DNA of 31,598 bases from Burkholderiales bacterium (GTDB taxonomy: Bacteria; Pseudomonadota; Gammaproteobacteria; Burkholderiales; SG8-39). Of the stretch, positions 1-10,775 are shown in pieces; positions within the stretch are counted from its first letter, which is position 1; each line of letters opens with the position of its first letter. The stretch is from assembly GCA_041576355.1 (NCBI GenBank), contig JBFGLA010000001.1, forward strand, positions 1 through 31,598, in the 5' to 3' direction. The position numbers and the translations under genes were made by a program. The notes under the pieces are model-generated. The model did no database searches and was not told where the DNA came from. It worked only from the letters and a program-made list of their open reading frames with translations.

Positions 1-2112
1 CGGCAGCCCGGCGCGCTGCCAGGCGACGTTCTGCGCACACGCGGTCTCGAGCACCCATTTGCCGATCGGCACGATGAGTCCCGTCTCCTCGGCGAGCGGG
101 ATGAACTGGCCGGGCGGCATTGCCCCGAGCTCCGGATGCTGCCAGCGCACCAGCGCCTCGACGCCGGTAATGCGTCGGGTCTTGAGGTCGAGCTTGGCCT
201 GGTAGTGCAGGAAGAACTCGTCGCGCTCCAGGGCGCGGCGCAGGCTCGTCTCGAGCGCGAGGCGCTCGAACGAGTGCACGTTGGTTTCCTGGGAGTAGAA
301 CTTGTAGGTGTTCTTGCCTTCTTCTTTCGCGCGGTACATCGCGATGTCGGCGTTCTTCGTCAGCGACTGCTCGTCCTGCGCATCGGTCGGATACATGGAG
401 ATGCCGATGCTCGCCGTCATGCGGCACTCCTGGCCCCGGATCGAGAGGGGCCTGACGAGGGCGGAGAGAATTTTGCGCGCGACCACCTCGACCTGCCTCG
501 CTTCGCTCACTTCCTGGATCAGGACCACGAATTCGTCGCCCCCGAGTCGGGCGACGACATCGCTCTTGCGCACGGTGTCGAGCAGGCGCTGGCCCATCTC
601 CTGTAGCAGCTGGTCCCCGGCCTCGTGCCCGAGCGTATCGTTGATGACCTTGAAGCGGTCCAGATCGATGAACAGCACGGCGAAATGGCGGCTGTAGCGT
701 ATCGCGCTCCGGATCCAAAGGTTCAGTACGTGGCTGAACATCGCCCGGTTCGGCAGGGACGTGAGCGCATCGTGATTCGCCAAGAAATGGATGCGTTCCT
801 CGGCCCGCTTGCGCTCGGTAATGTCCTTGGCGATGCCGCGATAGCCCGTGAACGCGCCGGAGGCGTCGAACACCGGCTCGCCGCTGACGCTAATCCACAC
901 CTTGTTGCCGGAGGCGTCCATCCGGCACAGCTCCAGCTCGCGGAACGGCTGGCGCGCGTCGAGGGTGGCGAAGTGCACGGCCCAGTCGTCCGCTGTCATG
1001 TTGACGTAGTTCTGCTCCCAGCGCTTCTTGCCGATCAGATGATCACTTTCCAGGCTGAGTCGCGAAGAGTCCGCCCCGCCGAAGGAGGTGAAGCGGTGCT
1101 GCTCGTCCTGCTCCCAGTAGATATCGGATGACAGCTCGGTCAGGCTGCGAAAGCGCTCCTCGCTCTCGCGCAGCACCTCTTCGGCCTCTTTGCGGCGTAC
1201 GAACTGGCCGAGCTGGCTGCCGATGGCGCTGATCGCCTGCAGCAGCCGAGCGTCCGGTTCGCGGATCTCACGGCTTTGGAAGATGAGCACCCCGATCGTC
1301 TTGCCCTCGGAAAGGACCGCAACCGCGAGCGCGGCATGCATGCCTGTTTCGAGCGCCAGCGCTTTGCTCGCGACACGGGCGTCTTGGTGCAAGTCGGCTA
1401 CCCACAGCGGCTGACCGGACTGCCAGACCTGCCCGATCACTCCGACGCCCGGACCGTAAACCGTGCCGCGTGACTCCTCGATGTAACGCTCGGCATCCGC
1501 GCTAGGCACGTTCCAGGCGCCGCCGAAGCGCAGCACGCCGGCTCTCTCGTCAACCCGTAGGTATCGGGCGCACTCCCAGCCTTCGCTTTCACATATGGCG
1601 CGGAGCGCAGCTTGGAGCGCCGCACCCAGATTTTCCGCCCCGGCAAGCGCACGGTTTACAGAGTGCTCGAGGTCTCGCAGCTGAAGGGCGCGCTTGCGCT
1701 CGGTAATATCCTGGGCGATGCCGCGGTAGCCGGTAAAGCGGCCCGATTCGTCGTATACGGGCAGCCCGCTGATACTGAGGTAACGCGCCGTGCCGTCGTG
1801 CGCCGTGCGCCTGAGCTCAAGGTCGAGAAACGGCTGGCGCGCCTCGATCTTAGCCTGCCCCGCTTGCTGCTCCCTCCCGTCCCCGTGGACTTCGAGCATT
1901 TCCCGGAGCGTCATCCCGATCAGGGCGCCCGATTCGAATCCAGGCATACCGGGAGCAGTGCCTCCGGTGAACATCGTGAAGCGCAGGTGCTCGTCTTGTT
2001 CCCAGTACCAGCCGGAGGAAAGCTCCAGAACGGTGCCGAGGCGCTTCTCGCACTCGCGTAACGCCTGCGTCGGGTCCTGCAACTCGATCGCAGAGTCTTC
2101 CATCGCCCGCAT
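1..2112 (-). CDS. PAS/PAC-GAF-PAS/PAC-GGDEF-EAL c-di-GMP signalling protein (3' end runs off the window; start 2112 or 2103)
   Basis: Manual minus-strand translation (absent from the ORF track): [26 protein letters not shown]..., two WEQDE-containing PAS/PAC units, [14 protein letters not shown] (RxxD I-site plus GGDEF) near 525-570, [13 protein letters not shown] near 140-170. Confidence 0.93.
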   Translation of the reverse strand, partial: MRAMEDSAIELQDPTQALRECEKRLGTVLELSSGWYWEQDEHLRFTMFTGGTAPGMPGFESGALIGMTLREMLEVHGDGREQQAGQAKIEARQPFLDLELRRTAHDGTARYLSISGLPVYDESGRFTGYRGIAQDITERKRALQLRDLEHSVNRALAGAENLGAALQAALRAICESEGWECARYLRVDERAGVLRFGGAWNVPSADAERYIEESRGTVYGPGVGVIGQVWQSGQPLWVADLHQDARVASKALALETGMHAALAVAVLSEGKTIGVLIFQSREIREPDARLLQAISAIGSQLGQFVRRKEAEEVLRESEERFRSLTELSSDIYWEQDEQHRFTSFGGADSSRLSLESDHLIGKKRWEQNYVNMTADDWAVHFATLDARQPFRELELCRMDASGNKVWISVSGEPVFDASGAFTGYRGIAKDITERKRAEERIHFLANHDALTSLPNRAMFSHVLNLWIRSAIRYSRHFAVLFIDLDRFKVINDTLGHEAGDQLLQEMGQRLLDTVRKSDVVARLGGDEFVVLIQEVSEARQVEVVARKILSALVRPLSIRGQECRMTASIGISMYPTDAQDEQSLTKNADIAMYRAKEEGKNTYKFYSQETNVHSFERLALETSLRRALERDEFFLHYQAKLDLKTRRITGVEALVRWQHPELGAMPPGQFIPLAEETGLIVPIGKWVLETACAQNVAWQRAGLP
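812..1782 (-). repeat. Intragenic degenerate duplication of the PAC end (approx. 812-897 vs 1696-1782)
   Basis: [29 protein letters not shown] vs [29 protein letters not shown]; similarity is also visible at DNA level. Confidence 0.8.
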
Positions 2113-2252
2113 CGCTTCCCCGTGAGTTCTCCTGCCGCCGGCAATGGCGGCACCACCCATATCGGCGTCGGGCAAATTATCTTGAACTGGGTAAGCGGGA
2201 ATGCATTGAATAGCGGGCTAAATCGCCCCCTCTTCGCCGCGCGGGAGCAAGA

Positions 2253-3173
2253 TCAGTCCCTCAAGTCGCGCCCGGTGAGCTTGAGGAACACGTCTTCCAG
2301 GTTCGCCGGCCGGTGCAGGTAGACGAGCCCCTCGCGGCCTTCGAGCGCGGCCAGCACCGGCGCGACATCGGCCGCATAGCAGAACGCCGTCTCGCCCACC
2401 CGCTCGACCCGGGGCGCGAGCGCCTGCGCGGTCTGCATCCACGATTCGACCCCCGGACCGTACACCTCGACGACCTGCGGCTCGATGTGCTCGGCGATCA
2501 GCGCGCGCGGCGATCCCATCGCGATGATGCGGCCGTGGTCCATGATCGCCAGGCGCGTGCACAGCCGCTCGGCCTCCTCCATGAAATGCGTCGTCAGCAC
2601 GAGGGTGCGCCCCTCCAGGATGAGGCGCCGCAGCCGCTCCCAGATCAGGTGCCGCGCCTGCGGATCGAGGCCGGTGGTGGGCTCGTCCATGAAAAGCAAC
2701 TCCGGCTCGTTGACGAGCGCGCGCGCGAGCGTGAGCCGGCGCTTCATGCCTCCCGATAGCGCCTGGATCTTCGCCCCGGCGCGGCCGGCGAGGCCGGCGA
2801 AGTCGAGCAGCCTCGGGATGCGCGCCTCGACCTCGCGGTCGCGCAAGCCGAAATAGCGACCGTAGACGACGAGGTTTTCGGCCACAGTGAAATCCGGATC
2901 CAGATTGTCGAACTGGGGCACGACCCCGACGTGCGCCCGGGCCGCGCGCGCTTCGCGCGGCACCGGCCGCCCGAGCAGCTCGATCCTGCCGGCATCGGGA
3001 TCGATCAGGCCCAGGCAAAGCTTGAGTGTCGTGGTCTTGCCGGCACCGTTCGGCCCGAGCAAGCCAAAGCACTCGCCGCTCTCGACTTCGAAACCGACCC
3101 CGCTCACTACCTCGAGCGTGCCGTAGGACTTGCGCAGGTCGGCGACCGCGAGCGCGGGGCCGCGACCGCTCAC
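2253..3173 (-). CDS. nodI: NodI-like ABC transporter ATP-binding protein
   Basis: Walker [18 protein letters not shown] signature, Walker [14 protein letters not shown]-terminal [19 protein letters not shown] typical of the NodI family; GTG start overlaps the upstream TGA. Confidence 0.85.
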   Translation of the reverse strand: MSGRGPALAVADLRKSYGTLEVVSGVGFEVESGECFGLLGPNGAGKTTTLKLCLGLIDPDAGRIELLGRPVPREARAARAHVGVVPQFDNLDPDFTVAENLVVYGRYFGLRDREVEARIPRLLDFAGLAGRAGAKIQALSGGMKRRLTLARALVNEPELLFMDEPTTGLDPQARHLIWERLRRLILEGRTLVLTTHFMEEAERLCTRLAIMDHGRIIAMGSPRALIAEHIEPQVVEVYGPGVESWMQTAQALAPRVERVGETAFCYAADVAPVLAALEGREGLVYLHRPANLEDVFLKLTGRDLRD

Positions 3174-3796
3174 GGCGCGCGCCAGTTCGACTGCACGATG
3201 CCGCGCAGCACGTGCAACTTGCGGTGGAAGAAATGATCCGCACCCGGCACGACGATGACCGGGAGATCCTGCGGCCGGGCCCAGGCAAGGACCGAGGCGA
3301 GCGGCACGGTCTTGTCGAGCTCGCCGTGGATGACGAGCGTATCGCTGGGCACCGGGCGCGCCTCGACGCGCTCGACTGAGACGCCGACGAGAACGATGCG
3401 CTCGGGTGCTGCCCCGCCCTCTGCGAGCCGCGCGGCGAGCCGCGTCTGCATGGCCGCGCCGAACGAAAAGCCCCCCAGTACGGATCGTTGGGGATCGAAT
3501 GCGGCGCGCGCCCAGTCGAGCGCCGCGGCAAGATCGTCCACCTCGCCGCGGCCCTCATCGAACGTCCCCTCGCTCGCGCCCACGCCGCGGAAATTGGGCC
3601 GCAGCGAGATATAACCGAGATCGACGAAAGCGCGCGCGAGAGTCTGCGCGACCTTGTTGTCGAGCGTTCCGCCAAACTGCGGATGCGGGTGGGCGACGAG
3701 CGCCACGCCCTTCGCCGCACCCTCGGGCGAGTCGATCGCGCACTCGAGACGCCCGGCCGGCCCCTCGATCCGCTCGCGCCGCGTCGAGGCGCGCAT
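3170..3796 (-). CDS. Alpha/beta hydrolase superfamily protein
   Basis: [25 protein letters not shown], nucleophile elbow GGFSFG, HGELD, GADHFFH; start set at [12 protein letters not shown] (3796), not the longer ORF-track start. Confidence 0.88.
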   Translation of the reverse strand: MRASTRRERIEGPAGRLECAIDSPEGAAKGVALVAHPHPQFGGTLDNKVAQTLARAFVDLGYISLRPNFRGVGASEGTFDEGRGEVDDLAAALDWARAAFDPQRSVLGGFSFGAAMQTRLAARLAEGGAAPERIVLVGVSVERVEARPVPSDTLVIHGELDKTVPLASVLAWARPQDLPVIVVPGADHFFHRKLHVLRGIVQSNWRAP

Positions 3797-3798
3797 GG

Positions 3799-4107
3799 TC
3801 AGATCCTCAGGCGCTCGACGATACGGCCGTGCCGCAGGTGCTCCTCGATGATCTCGTCGATATCGGCGCGATCGACGTAGGTGTACCAGACGCCTTCGGG
3901 GTAGACCGCGATGCAAGGTCCCTCCTCGCAGCGATCGAGGCATCCCGACTGGTTGATCCTCACCTTGCCCGGCCCTGCGAGCCCGAGCGCCTTGACTTGT
4001 TGCTTGGCGTATTCGCGCATCTCCGAGCCGCCCTTGGGATTGCAGCTCGCGCGATCGCCTTCGCGCTGGTTGCAGCAGAAGAAGACATGATGCGTGTAAT
4101 AAGACAT
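3799..4107 (-). CDS. Thioredoxin-like [2Fe-2S] ferredoxin
   Basis: VFFCCNQR...SC...GCLDRCEEGPCIAVYPEGVWY motif. Confidence 0.92.
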   Translation of the reverse strand: MSYYTHHVFFCCNQREGDRASCNPKGGSEMREYAKQQVKALGLAGPGKVRINQSGCLDRCEEGPCIAVYPEGVWYTYVDRADIDEIIEEHLRHGRIVERLRI

Positions 4108-4116
4108 GGGGCGCGG

Positions 4117-4122
4117 ATTCTA
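4117..4122 (-). promoter_or_regulatory. Putative -10 element (TAGAAT) 9 nt upstream of the ferredoxin ATG; no SD
   Basis: Minus strand reads TAGAAT-ccgcgcccc-ATG. Confidence 0.5.
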
Positions 4123-4127
4123 CCGAA

Positions 4128-5228
4128 TCATTTCCAGATCGACCCCGGTGCGATGCCGCGCTGAGAGGCGAGCCAGATCAGGTACGCCAGCGCCGCGAAC
4201 GGCCACAGCGTCGTGACCAGCCGCGTCAGGCCGTTGAAGTTGAGAAAATGACCCTGCTGCCAGACCTTGAGCGTGGCGGCGAAATACGGGTTCGCGGGCG
4301 CGAGGTTGACGAGCACCGTGGCCGCCATGAGAAGGACGGCGGCGAGCACGAGCTGCAGCGCGCGCGGCAGCTTCGCAGCCAGCAGCGCGGCGATGATCCC
4401 ACCGGCCAGGCCTCTTTGCGCCCCCGGGGTAAGCCACGCGAGCACGTTCTCGGCCTGCATCAGGATCGCAAAAGCCGCGGTCTTGACGGCGAGCGCGAGC
4501 AGCACGAGCCCGACGATGAGCAGGCTTGTAGAACGGCCGGGGGTCACGATCGCCGAGAGCAGCAGAGCCACCGCGACCAGATTCGCGGCCGCGGTCAGCG
4601 CCTCGATGAACACGAACAGGCCCGGCTTGTGCGCCGAGCCCGAGGCCGCGAGCAGGTCGCGCAAATCGCCGGCGCCGAAGAGCAGCATCGCCGGATTGAG
4701 CTGGGTGAAAAGCCACAGCCCGATCAACACGAGTCCGACGTCCGCCAGGATGCCGCCCTGGAACGTCTCGGCGCGCCTGCGGCGCAGGGGCCCGCCCTCG
4801 AGGAGCAACGGAGCATAGCGTACCCCGAGCGCCGCTCCCGCCAACGCGCCGAGCGTGTTGCAGAGCGCGTCGACGTTTGACGGAAATCGAGTGGGCAGGA
4901 AACTCTGCGCCGACTCGAGCCCGATCGAGAGCAATACCGCGCTCAATCCCGCGACGGCCACCGCGGCGGGGCCGCGCACTTGAGGATAGAGCGCGTGCAC
5001 GCACAGCAACCCGAAAGGCAGATAGCCGAGCAGGTTGGCGGTGATGTCGAAGACCGTGATGTAGCGCGGAAACGGGGCCGTGAGGAACGCGAATGGAGAA
5101 ATACCCGCGTGTAGCCAGCCGGAGAACGGGTACAGCGACGCGTACGCAACGAGCAGGGTGTAGACGACGAACAGGAGCCGCGCGAGCGGTGAGGCGCGCG
5201 TGGATGTTGCGGGAAAGAGAGACTGCAC
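4128..5228 (-). CDS. VanZ-family membrane protein
   Basis: YASLYPF, DITANLLGYLPFG, ESAQSFLPTRFPSNVDALCNTLG; multiple TM segments; likely GTG start at 5228 after a GAGG SD. Confidence 0.85.
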   Translation of the reverse strand: MQSLFPATSTRASPLARLLFVVYTLLVAYASLYPFSGWLHAGISPFAFLTAPFPRYITVFDITANLLGYLPFGLLCVHALYPQVRGPAAVAVAGLSAVLLSIGLESAQSFLPTRFPSNVDALCNTLGALAGAALGVRYAPLLLEGGPLRRRRAETFQGGILADVGLVLIGLWLFTQLNPAMLLFGAGDLRDLLAASGSAHKPGLFVFIEALTAAANLVAVALLLSAIVTPGRSTSLLIVGLVLLALAVKTAAFAILMQAENVLAWLTPGAQRGLAGGIIAALLAAKLPRALQLVLAAVLLMAATVLVNLAPANPYFAATLKVWQQGHFLNFNGLTRLVTTLWPFAALAYLIWLASQRGIAPGSIWK

Positions 5229-5244
5229 GCCTCGCGGTTCCCTC

Positions 5245-6687
5245 TCAGGAACGCCCCGCACCCGAGGCGTGCTGAGCCGGGAGCCGGCGCGCCGCGTAGG
5301 TTCCCATCAGCATGCCGAAGATCGACGCCGCCAAGCCGACGAGCTGCGGCGGAACAGTGGCTTCGGGGGCGGTAAGCTCGGCGACACCCCAGGCGAAAAG
5401 CCCGAAGACGACCGAGAGCATCGCGCCCGGGACGTTCGCCCGCTTCCAGAAAATGCCCGCGGCGAGCGGCACGATGCACGAGGCGAGAGTGACCTTGTAG
5501 GCATTCTGCACCATCTCGTACATCGTGCTGGTCGAATTGAGCGCAAAGAGCAGCGCCGCGAACGTGAACGTGACGAGCACGGTGCGCAATAGCAGCAGGA
5601 ACTGCCGATCGCTCATGTGCGGCGCGAACGGGCGTATGACGTTCTCGGTGAAAAGGGCGGTCGGGGCGATCAGCGCGCCGCTCGAAGTCGAAAGGATGGC
5701 CGAGAGCAGCGCGCCGAAGAAGACGACCTGCGCCCACATCGGCGTACGCTCGAGTATCAGCTGGGGGAGGATGCGCTGCACTTCGCGCTCGTCCTCGGCG
5801 GCGAAGAGACCCGCGAATCCGGGGTCGATGACAAGCGCCGAGTAGGCGATGAAAATCGGCACGAAGGCGAAGGCGAAGTAGACGAGCCCCCCGATCAGCG
5901 AGCCGCGCACCGCGGTCTTTTCGTCCTTGGCGGAAGTCACGCGCTGGAAGATGTCCTGCTGCGGAATCGAGCCGATCGCCAGCGTCATCCACGCGGCGAG
6001 GAACCAGAGCCACTCCTTGGTGCCCCCCTTGGGCCAGAACTCGAGCTTGCCCGCCTCCGCCGCCGCGGCGACGACCTTGCCCGCACCGCCCGCCATGTCG
6101 CTCACGAGCCAGGCGATGAGCATCAGGCCGATGAGAATCACGACCGACTGGAAGAGATCGGTCAGCGCGACCGACCACATCCCGCCCCAGATCGTGTAGC
6201 CGAGGACGATCGCGGCGCCGATCAGAATGCCCGTGGTAAGGCTGATCGCGCCGCCCGAGAGCACCGAGAACACGAGCCCGAGCGCAGTCAACTGGGCCGA
6301 GGTCCAGCCGAGATACGACGCCGTAATCGCGACGCTCGTGAGGACCTCGATCTTCTTGTCGTAGCGCTTGCGGTAGAAATCACCGATCGTCAGCAGATCC
6401 ATGCGGTAGAAGGAGCGTGCGAAGAACAGCGCGACGAAGATCAGGCAGAACGAGGCGCCGAAGGGGTCGGCGACGATTCCGCCGAGTCCGTCCCGGGCGA
6501 AGGTCGCCGACACGGAGAGCACGGTTTCGGCGCCGAACCAGGTCGCGAACACGGTCGCCGTGTTCATGTAGAGCGGGAGGCTGCGGCCCGCGACCAGGTA
6601 ATCCTTGGAGTTGCGCACCCGCTGCGCAGCCCACAGGCCGATCGCGATCGTAATCAACAAATACAGAATGACGAAAGCCGCGAGCAT
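5245..6687 (-). CDS. Sodium:solute symporter (SSS) family protein, substrate unknown
   Basis: DYLVAGRSLP, ATWFGAETV, IPQQDIFQRV, LSAILSTSSG; many TM segments; AAGGAG SD. Confidence 0.92.
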   Translation of the reverse strand: MLAAFVILYLLITIAIGLWAAQRVRNSKDYLVAGRSLPLYMNTATVFATWFGAETVLSVSATFARDGLGGIVADPFGASFCLIFVALFFARSFYRMDLLTIGDFYRKRYDKKIEVLTSVAITASYLGWTSAQLTALGLVFSVLSGGAISLTTGILIGAAIVLGYTIWGGMWSVALTDLFQSVVILIGLMLIAWLVSDMAGGAGKVVAAAAEAGKLEFWPKGGTKEWLWFLAAWMTLAIGSIPQQDIFQRVTSAKDEKTAVRGSLIGGLVYFAFAFVPIFIAYSALVIDPGFAGLFAAEDEREVQRILPQLILERTPMWAQVVFFGALLSAILSTSSGALIAPTALFTENVIRPFAPHMSDRQFLLLLRTVLVTFTFAALLFALNSTSTMYEMVQNAYKVTLASCIVPLAAGIFWKRANVPGAMLSVVFGLFAWGVAELTAPEATVPPQLVGLAASIFGMLMGTYAARRLPAQHASGAGRS

Positions 6688-6717
6688 CGGGGCTCCTTCT
6701 CGAGGCGGGGCAGGGCG

Positions 6718-6723
6718 ATTATA
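6718..6723 (-). promoter_or_regulatory. Consensus -10 element (TATAAT) upstream of the SSS gene
   Basis: Perfect TATAAT about 30 nt before the ATG in GC-rich DNA; no well-spaced -35 found. Confidence 0.5.
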
Positions 6724-6798
6724 GCGGCTGCGCCGCGCGCAACCGCCGACGCGACCGGCGGAAGTCGGTCGTGAAGATCTCGGACCCGCTTCGACACG

Positions 6799-8313
6799 CT
6801 ACCCCAGTGCGAGCGCAGCCGCTCCGGCCAGGACAAGCAGCACGAGCAGCGCGGCGAGCAGATCGTTGCGCCGGGCGTTCTCGCGCGCCAGCTGCTCGAG
6901 CGCCGCCCGCACCGCTCCCAGGCGGTCCTCCTCGAGCGTGCGGTGCAGCAACCGCGGCAAGCTCGGCAGGATCGCCGCCCAGTGCGGCGCCTCGTACTTG
7001 AGCGTCTTCAGCACGCCGCGCCATCCGATCTGCTCGCTCATCCAGCGCTCGAGGAACGGCTTCGCCGTGCTCCAGAGATCCAGATCCGGATCGAGCTCGC
7101 GCCCCAGCCCCTCGATGTTGAGCAGCGTCTTTTGCAGCATCACGAGCTGGGGCTGGATCTCGACGTTGAAGCGGCGCGAGGTCTGAAAGAGGCGCAGCAG
7201 GAGCTTGCCGAAGTAGATCTCCCTGAGCGGGCGGTCGAAGATCGGCTCACACACTGCGCGGATCGCGGATTCGAACTCGTCGATGCGCGTTCCCGGCGGC
7301 ACCCAGCCGGCGTCGAGATGCGCCTGCGCGACGCGGCGATAGTCGCGATTGAAGAACGCGAGAAAATTCTGCGCCAGGTAATTCTTGTCGGTGTCGGTGA
7401 GCGTACCGACGATCCCGAAATCGAGCGCGATGTAGCGCCCGCGCGCATCTCCCTCGGTCGCCACGAGTATGTTCCCGGGGTGCATGTCGGCGTGGAAGAA
7501 CCCGTCCCGGAACACCTGCGTAAAGAAGATCTCGACCCCCGCGCGGGCAAGACGCGCAATATCGATCCCCTGCTCGCGCAGCGCGACCACCTGCGACACG
7601 GGCGTGCCGCGCATGCGCTCCATCACCATCACCCGCTGCGAGCACCACTCCCAGTACACCTCCGGGACTTGCAGGAGCGTCGAGCCCTCGAAATTGCGCC
7701 GCAGCTGGCTCGCGTTCGCGGCCTCGCGCATGAGGTCCAGCTCTTCGTCGAGGTGACGCGCGAACTCGCCGACAACCTCGCGCGGCTTGAGGCGACGGCC
7801 GTCCGCGAACAGGCGTTCGACCAGCGCCGCGGCCGTGTTCAGCAGGAGCACGTCGCGCGCGATCGCCTCCTCGACGCGCGGGCGCAGCACTTTGACCGCC
7901 GCCTCGCGGCCGTCCTTGAGTACGGCAAGGTGCACTTGCGCGATCGAGGCGCTCGCCACGGCCTCGCGCTCGAAGCTGGCGAAGACCTCCAAGAGTCCGC
8001 TCCCGAGAGCCCGCTCGATCTCGGCGATCGCCTGCTCGGACGGGAACGCCGGGACCCGGTCCTGCAGCTTCGCGAGCTCATCGGCAATGTCGGCGGGCAG
8101 CAAGTCCCTGCGGGTCGAAAGGACCTGGCCGAACTTGACGAAAATCGGCCCGAGCGTCTCGAGCGCGCGGCGCAGCCTCACCGCGCGCGGCGCCCCGTCC
8201 TTCGCCGCCAGCCACCGCAGCAACGGATTGCGCGCAAGACGCGGAATGAATTCGTGCAACCCGAAACGCAGCCCGGCCGACAGAATTCGAATCAGGCGAA
8301 AGAGGCTGGACAT
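6799..8313 (-). CDS. ubiB: Ubiquinone biosynthesis kinase-like protein UbiB
   Basis: [50 protein letters not shown]; start MSSLFRL at 8313. Confidence 0.96.
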   Translation of the reverse strand: MSSLFRLIRILSAGLRFGLHEFIPRLARNPLLRWLAAKDGAPRAVRLRRALETLGPIFVKFGQVLSTRRDLLPADIADELAKLQDRVPAFPSEQAIAEIERALGSGLLEVFASFEREAVASASIAQVHLAVLKDGREAAVKVLRPRVEEAIARDVLLLNTAAALVERLFADGRRLKPREVVGEFARHLDEELDLMREAANASQLRRNFEGSTLLQVPEVYWEWCSQRVMVMERMRGTPVSQVVALREQGIDIARLARAGVEIFFTQVFRDGFFHADMHPGNILVATEGDARGRYIALDFGIVGTLTDTDKNYLAQNFLAFFNRDYRRVAQAHLDAGWVPPGTRIDEFESAIRAVCEPIFDRPLREIYFGKLLLRLFQTSRRFNVEIQPQLVMLQKTLLNIEGLGRELDPDLDLWSTAKPFLERWMSEQIGWRGVLKTLKYEAPHWAAILPSLPRLLHRTLEEDRLGAVRAALEQLARENARRNDLLAALLVLLVLAGAAALALG

Positions 8314-8323
8314 CGGCGGAAAG

Positions 8324-8899
8324 TCAGGATAGTCGGCGCAGCCGCGCCTCGAGCCGTTCCAGATCATCGCGCATCGCGGCCACCTGCGCGCCGAAACGCT
8401 CGAATTCGGCCGAGGTGACGAGCCAGCGCTTCTCCTCGACCACATACTCGACGGCGCTCGCGGCGAGACGGCGCACAGCATCAACCTGCCAGTCGAGAAA
8501 ATCCTTCGCCGCGCCGGCGATTCGATGCGCCGCGACATCGCCCACGAGCCGTGACAGATCCTCCTCGGCGTCCCAGCGCAGATGGCGCACGAGGAACAGC
8601 ACCTCGCTCGCGAGCTTGGCGTTGCCGCTCACCTCGACCGAGCGCATGAAGTGCTCCTCCCCGCGCGCGAGCGCCGCGAGCGATTCGGGTCCGAGCGCGA
8701 CCGTGAGCGATGGGGACGCGCTCGCATCGGCGCTCGCCAGGCGTCCGTCCGGCGCAATCGCGAAGCGCAGCGCCGGTAGCGGCATCGCGCGCAGCTCAAC
8801 GATTTCTCCGGCGAACGGCGCGAGCCGCTCACGCGCCCACTGCTCGGCACCGAGCAGGCGGTTCAGGGCAGCGGCGAAGGGCGTCTCGAGTGCGGGCAT
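8324..8899 (-). CDS. ubiJ: Ubiquinone biosynthesis accessory factor UbiJ (SCP2 domain)
   Basis: SCP2-like N-terminus, [21 protein letters not shown]-terminal coiled coil; directly upstream of ubiB. Confidence 0.88.
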   Translation of the reverse strand: MPALETPFAAALNRLLGAEQWARERLAPFAGEIVELRAMPLPALRFAIAPDGRLASADASASPSLTVALGPESLAALARGEEHFMRSVEVSGNAKLASEVLFLVRHLRWDAEEDLSRLVGDVAAHRIAGAAKDFLDWQVDAVRRLAASAVEYVVEEKRWLVTSAEFERFGAQVAAMRDDLERLEARLRRLS

Positions 8900-8979
8900 G
8901 CGGCACAAAAGCGCAATGATGCGCCGTGTGGCGGCCTAGCGCGGGGCGGGGTATGCCCGCAGAACGTCACACAGCGTCT

Positions 8980-9005
8980 AAGACAAAGGCCACCTTGCGG
9001 TGGCC
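8980..9005 (-). terminator. Putative intrinsic terminator after the Tim44 gene
   Basis: Minus strand GGCCACC-GCAA-GGTGGCC-TTTGTCTT: 7-bp stem, GNRA loop, imperfect U tract. Confidence 0.65.
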
Positions 9006-9026
9006 CCAGGGTGTGATTGGAACGGC

Positions 9027-9905
9027 TCAGTGAGGCTGCTGTATGCCGGCCAGCAGCCAGCCGCTCGATCCATCAACAGGCTTCACGAGGTGCCAGATCT
9101 CCTCGAACCCGACCGGCGCGCTCCCGGCGACCTCCCAGACCATGCCGGAAAAGCGAACGCTCGCTCGGAACTGATCACCCTCTGCTGCGACCTCCAGCAG
9201 ATCGGCGTTGAGCGACACGACGTCGGTCTGCTGCGCGCCGCCGGTGCGCTCCAGGATGGGCTTGCGCAGCTCTTCGAACATCTCCGGGGTCGTCACGTCC
9301 CGGATCTCTTCGAGGTTCCCTTGATCGTTGGCGACCTGAAGCCGGATGAAGTTGAGCTTTGCGGCGCGCAGAAAGCCCTTCGCGTCGAAACCCGACGGAA
9401 CACTGGCCGCGCCCGACTCGGCCTCCCGTGTCTCCAGGCCGGCGGCCTGCGACGGAGGGGGCGCTACCACGGTTTCGCTGCCGAACGCTCCGTAGGGGGT
9501 CGGGCCAGCGCCTGCGTACTGCATCGGCCGCGCCGATCCGGCCCTGTGGCGCACGAGGCCGAATACGACGAGCGCAGCGAGTAGCGCAAGCAGCGCGATC
9601 ACGATCACAGCGGTCAGTCCGCTGCCCCCGAAGAGCGAGGCCAGTACACCGCCCGCCGCAACCCCGCCCAGGATGGGCAGCCAACGGCTGCCCGAGCTCG
9701 CCGCAGCCGCGTTCTGAGCCGCCGCCGGAGGCTGCGCCGGCGCCGCCTGCTGCGCCTGACTGGGCGGCGCCGCCGGACGCGCCTGGGCCACGTTCTTCTG
9801 TACACCCACCGAGCGTCCGCCGCCGAGCCGCTTCGCCTCAACATCGGTCGCGACCAGCGCCGCGCCGAGGAGGGCGATCGCCGATCCGAGCACGATTCTT
9901 AGCAT
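9027..9905 (-). CDS. Tim44 domain-containing membrane protein
   Basis: N-terminal signal ...EAKRLGGGRSVG, Ala/Pro linker, two TMs, C-terminal FEEIWHLVK...WLLAGIQQ; AGAGGAG SD; ubiE-ubiJ context. Confidence 0.9.
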   Translation of the reverse strand: MLRIVLGSAIALLGAALVATDVEAKRLGGGRSVGVQKNVAQARPAAPPSQAQQAAPAQPPAAAQNAAAASSGSRWLPILGGVAAGGVLASLFGGSGLTAVIVIALLALLAALVVFGLVRHRAGSARPMQYAGAGPTPYGAFGSETVVAPPPSQAAGLETREAESGAASVPSGFDAKGFLRAAKLNFIRLQVANDQGNLEEIRDVTTPEMFEELRKPILERTGGAQQTDVVSLNADLLEVAAEGDQFRASVRFSGMVWEVAGSAPVGFEEIWHLVKPVDGSSGWLLAGIQQPH

Positions 9906-9944
9906 GATCTCCTCTTATCCAATTAACTGGTTTTCCAGGAAGCT

Positions 9945-9964
9945 ATCGTACCCTAACCGGGTAC
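9945..9964 (-). promoter_or_regulatory. Possible internal promoter/operator for the Tim44 gene
   Basis: AT-rich spacer with a TACGAT -10-like hexamer (9945-9950) and a GTACCC-N5-GGGTAC inverted repeat (9948-9964). Confidence 0.35.
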
Positions 9965-9986
9965 ACAAAGAATAGTTAGCCGATCG

Positions 9987-10772
9987 TCATAGCCTGTAGC
10001 CGCGATGCACGGCGACCACGCCGGCGCACAAGTTGAAGTACTCGACGCCGGTCAGCCCGGCGCGTCCCATCATCGCCGCGAGCGCCGCCTGGTCCGGATG
10101 CATGCGTATCGATTCGGCGAGATAGCGGTAGGGTTCGGCGTCCCCCGCCACGCGCTCGCCGAGCCAGGGCAATACCTTGAACGAATAGAGATCGTAGGCG
10201 GGCGCTAGCGGATCCCAAACCTTCGAGAACTCGAGTATGAGCAGCCGTCCCCCGGGCTTTAGCACCCGCGCCATCTCCGCCAGGGCGCCGTCCTTGTGCG
10301 TCATGTTGCGCAGGCCGAAGCCGACGCTGACGCAATCGAAGCGGGCGTCCGGAAACGGCAGCTGTTCGGCGTCGCACTGAACCACCGGCCCAAGATGTCC
10401 GGCATCGAGCAGCCGGTCGCGTCCACGCTTGAGCATGCTGCCGTTGATGTCGGTCAACCAGACTTGACCCTGCGGCCCGACCTGGCGCGAGAATGCGAGC
10501 GCCAGGTCGCCGCTGCCCGAGGCCACATCGAGGACCCGTTCCCCGGGGCGTATGCGGGCGATCCTGACCGCGAAGGCCTTCCACAACCGGTGCAGACCGA
10601 GTGACATGAGGTCGTTCATCAGGTCGTAGCGTTCCGCCACCCGGTCGAACACCGCCCCGACGCGTGCGCGCTTTTCGCCTTTCGGCACGGTCTCGAAGCC
10701 GAAGTCGGCTTCTTCGCCCGGGCCGGATCGATCCCTCGTTTCCGTCACGTCGAGCACCTCGTTGCGCATCAT
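9987..10772 (-). CDS. ubiE: UbiE/MenG C-methyltransferase (start may be GTG at 10748)
   Basis: [61 protein letters not shown]. Confidence 0.97.
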   Translation of the reverse strand: MMRNEVLDVTETRDRSGPGEEADFGFETVPKGEKRARVGAVFDRVAERYDLMNDLMSLGLHRLWKAFAVRIARIRPGERVLDVASGSGDLALAFSRQVGPQGQVWLTDINGSMLKRGRDRLLDAGHLGPVVQCDAEQLPFPDARFDCVSVGFGLRNMTHKDGALAEMARVLKPGGRLLILEFSKVWDPLAPAYDLYSFKVLPWLGERVAGDAEPYRYLAESIRMHPDQAALAAMMGRAGLTGVEYFNLCAGVVAVHRGYRL

Positions 10773-10775
10773 AGC

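Noticed and set aside
3799-4107. Ferredoxin as the missing AlkB electron donor
   Set aside because: About 23 kb away in a core VanZ-ferredoxin-hydrolase cluster; thioredoxin-like ferredoxins are not established AlkB donors
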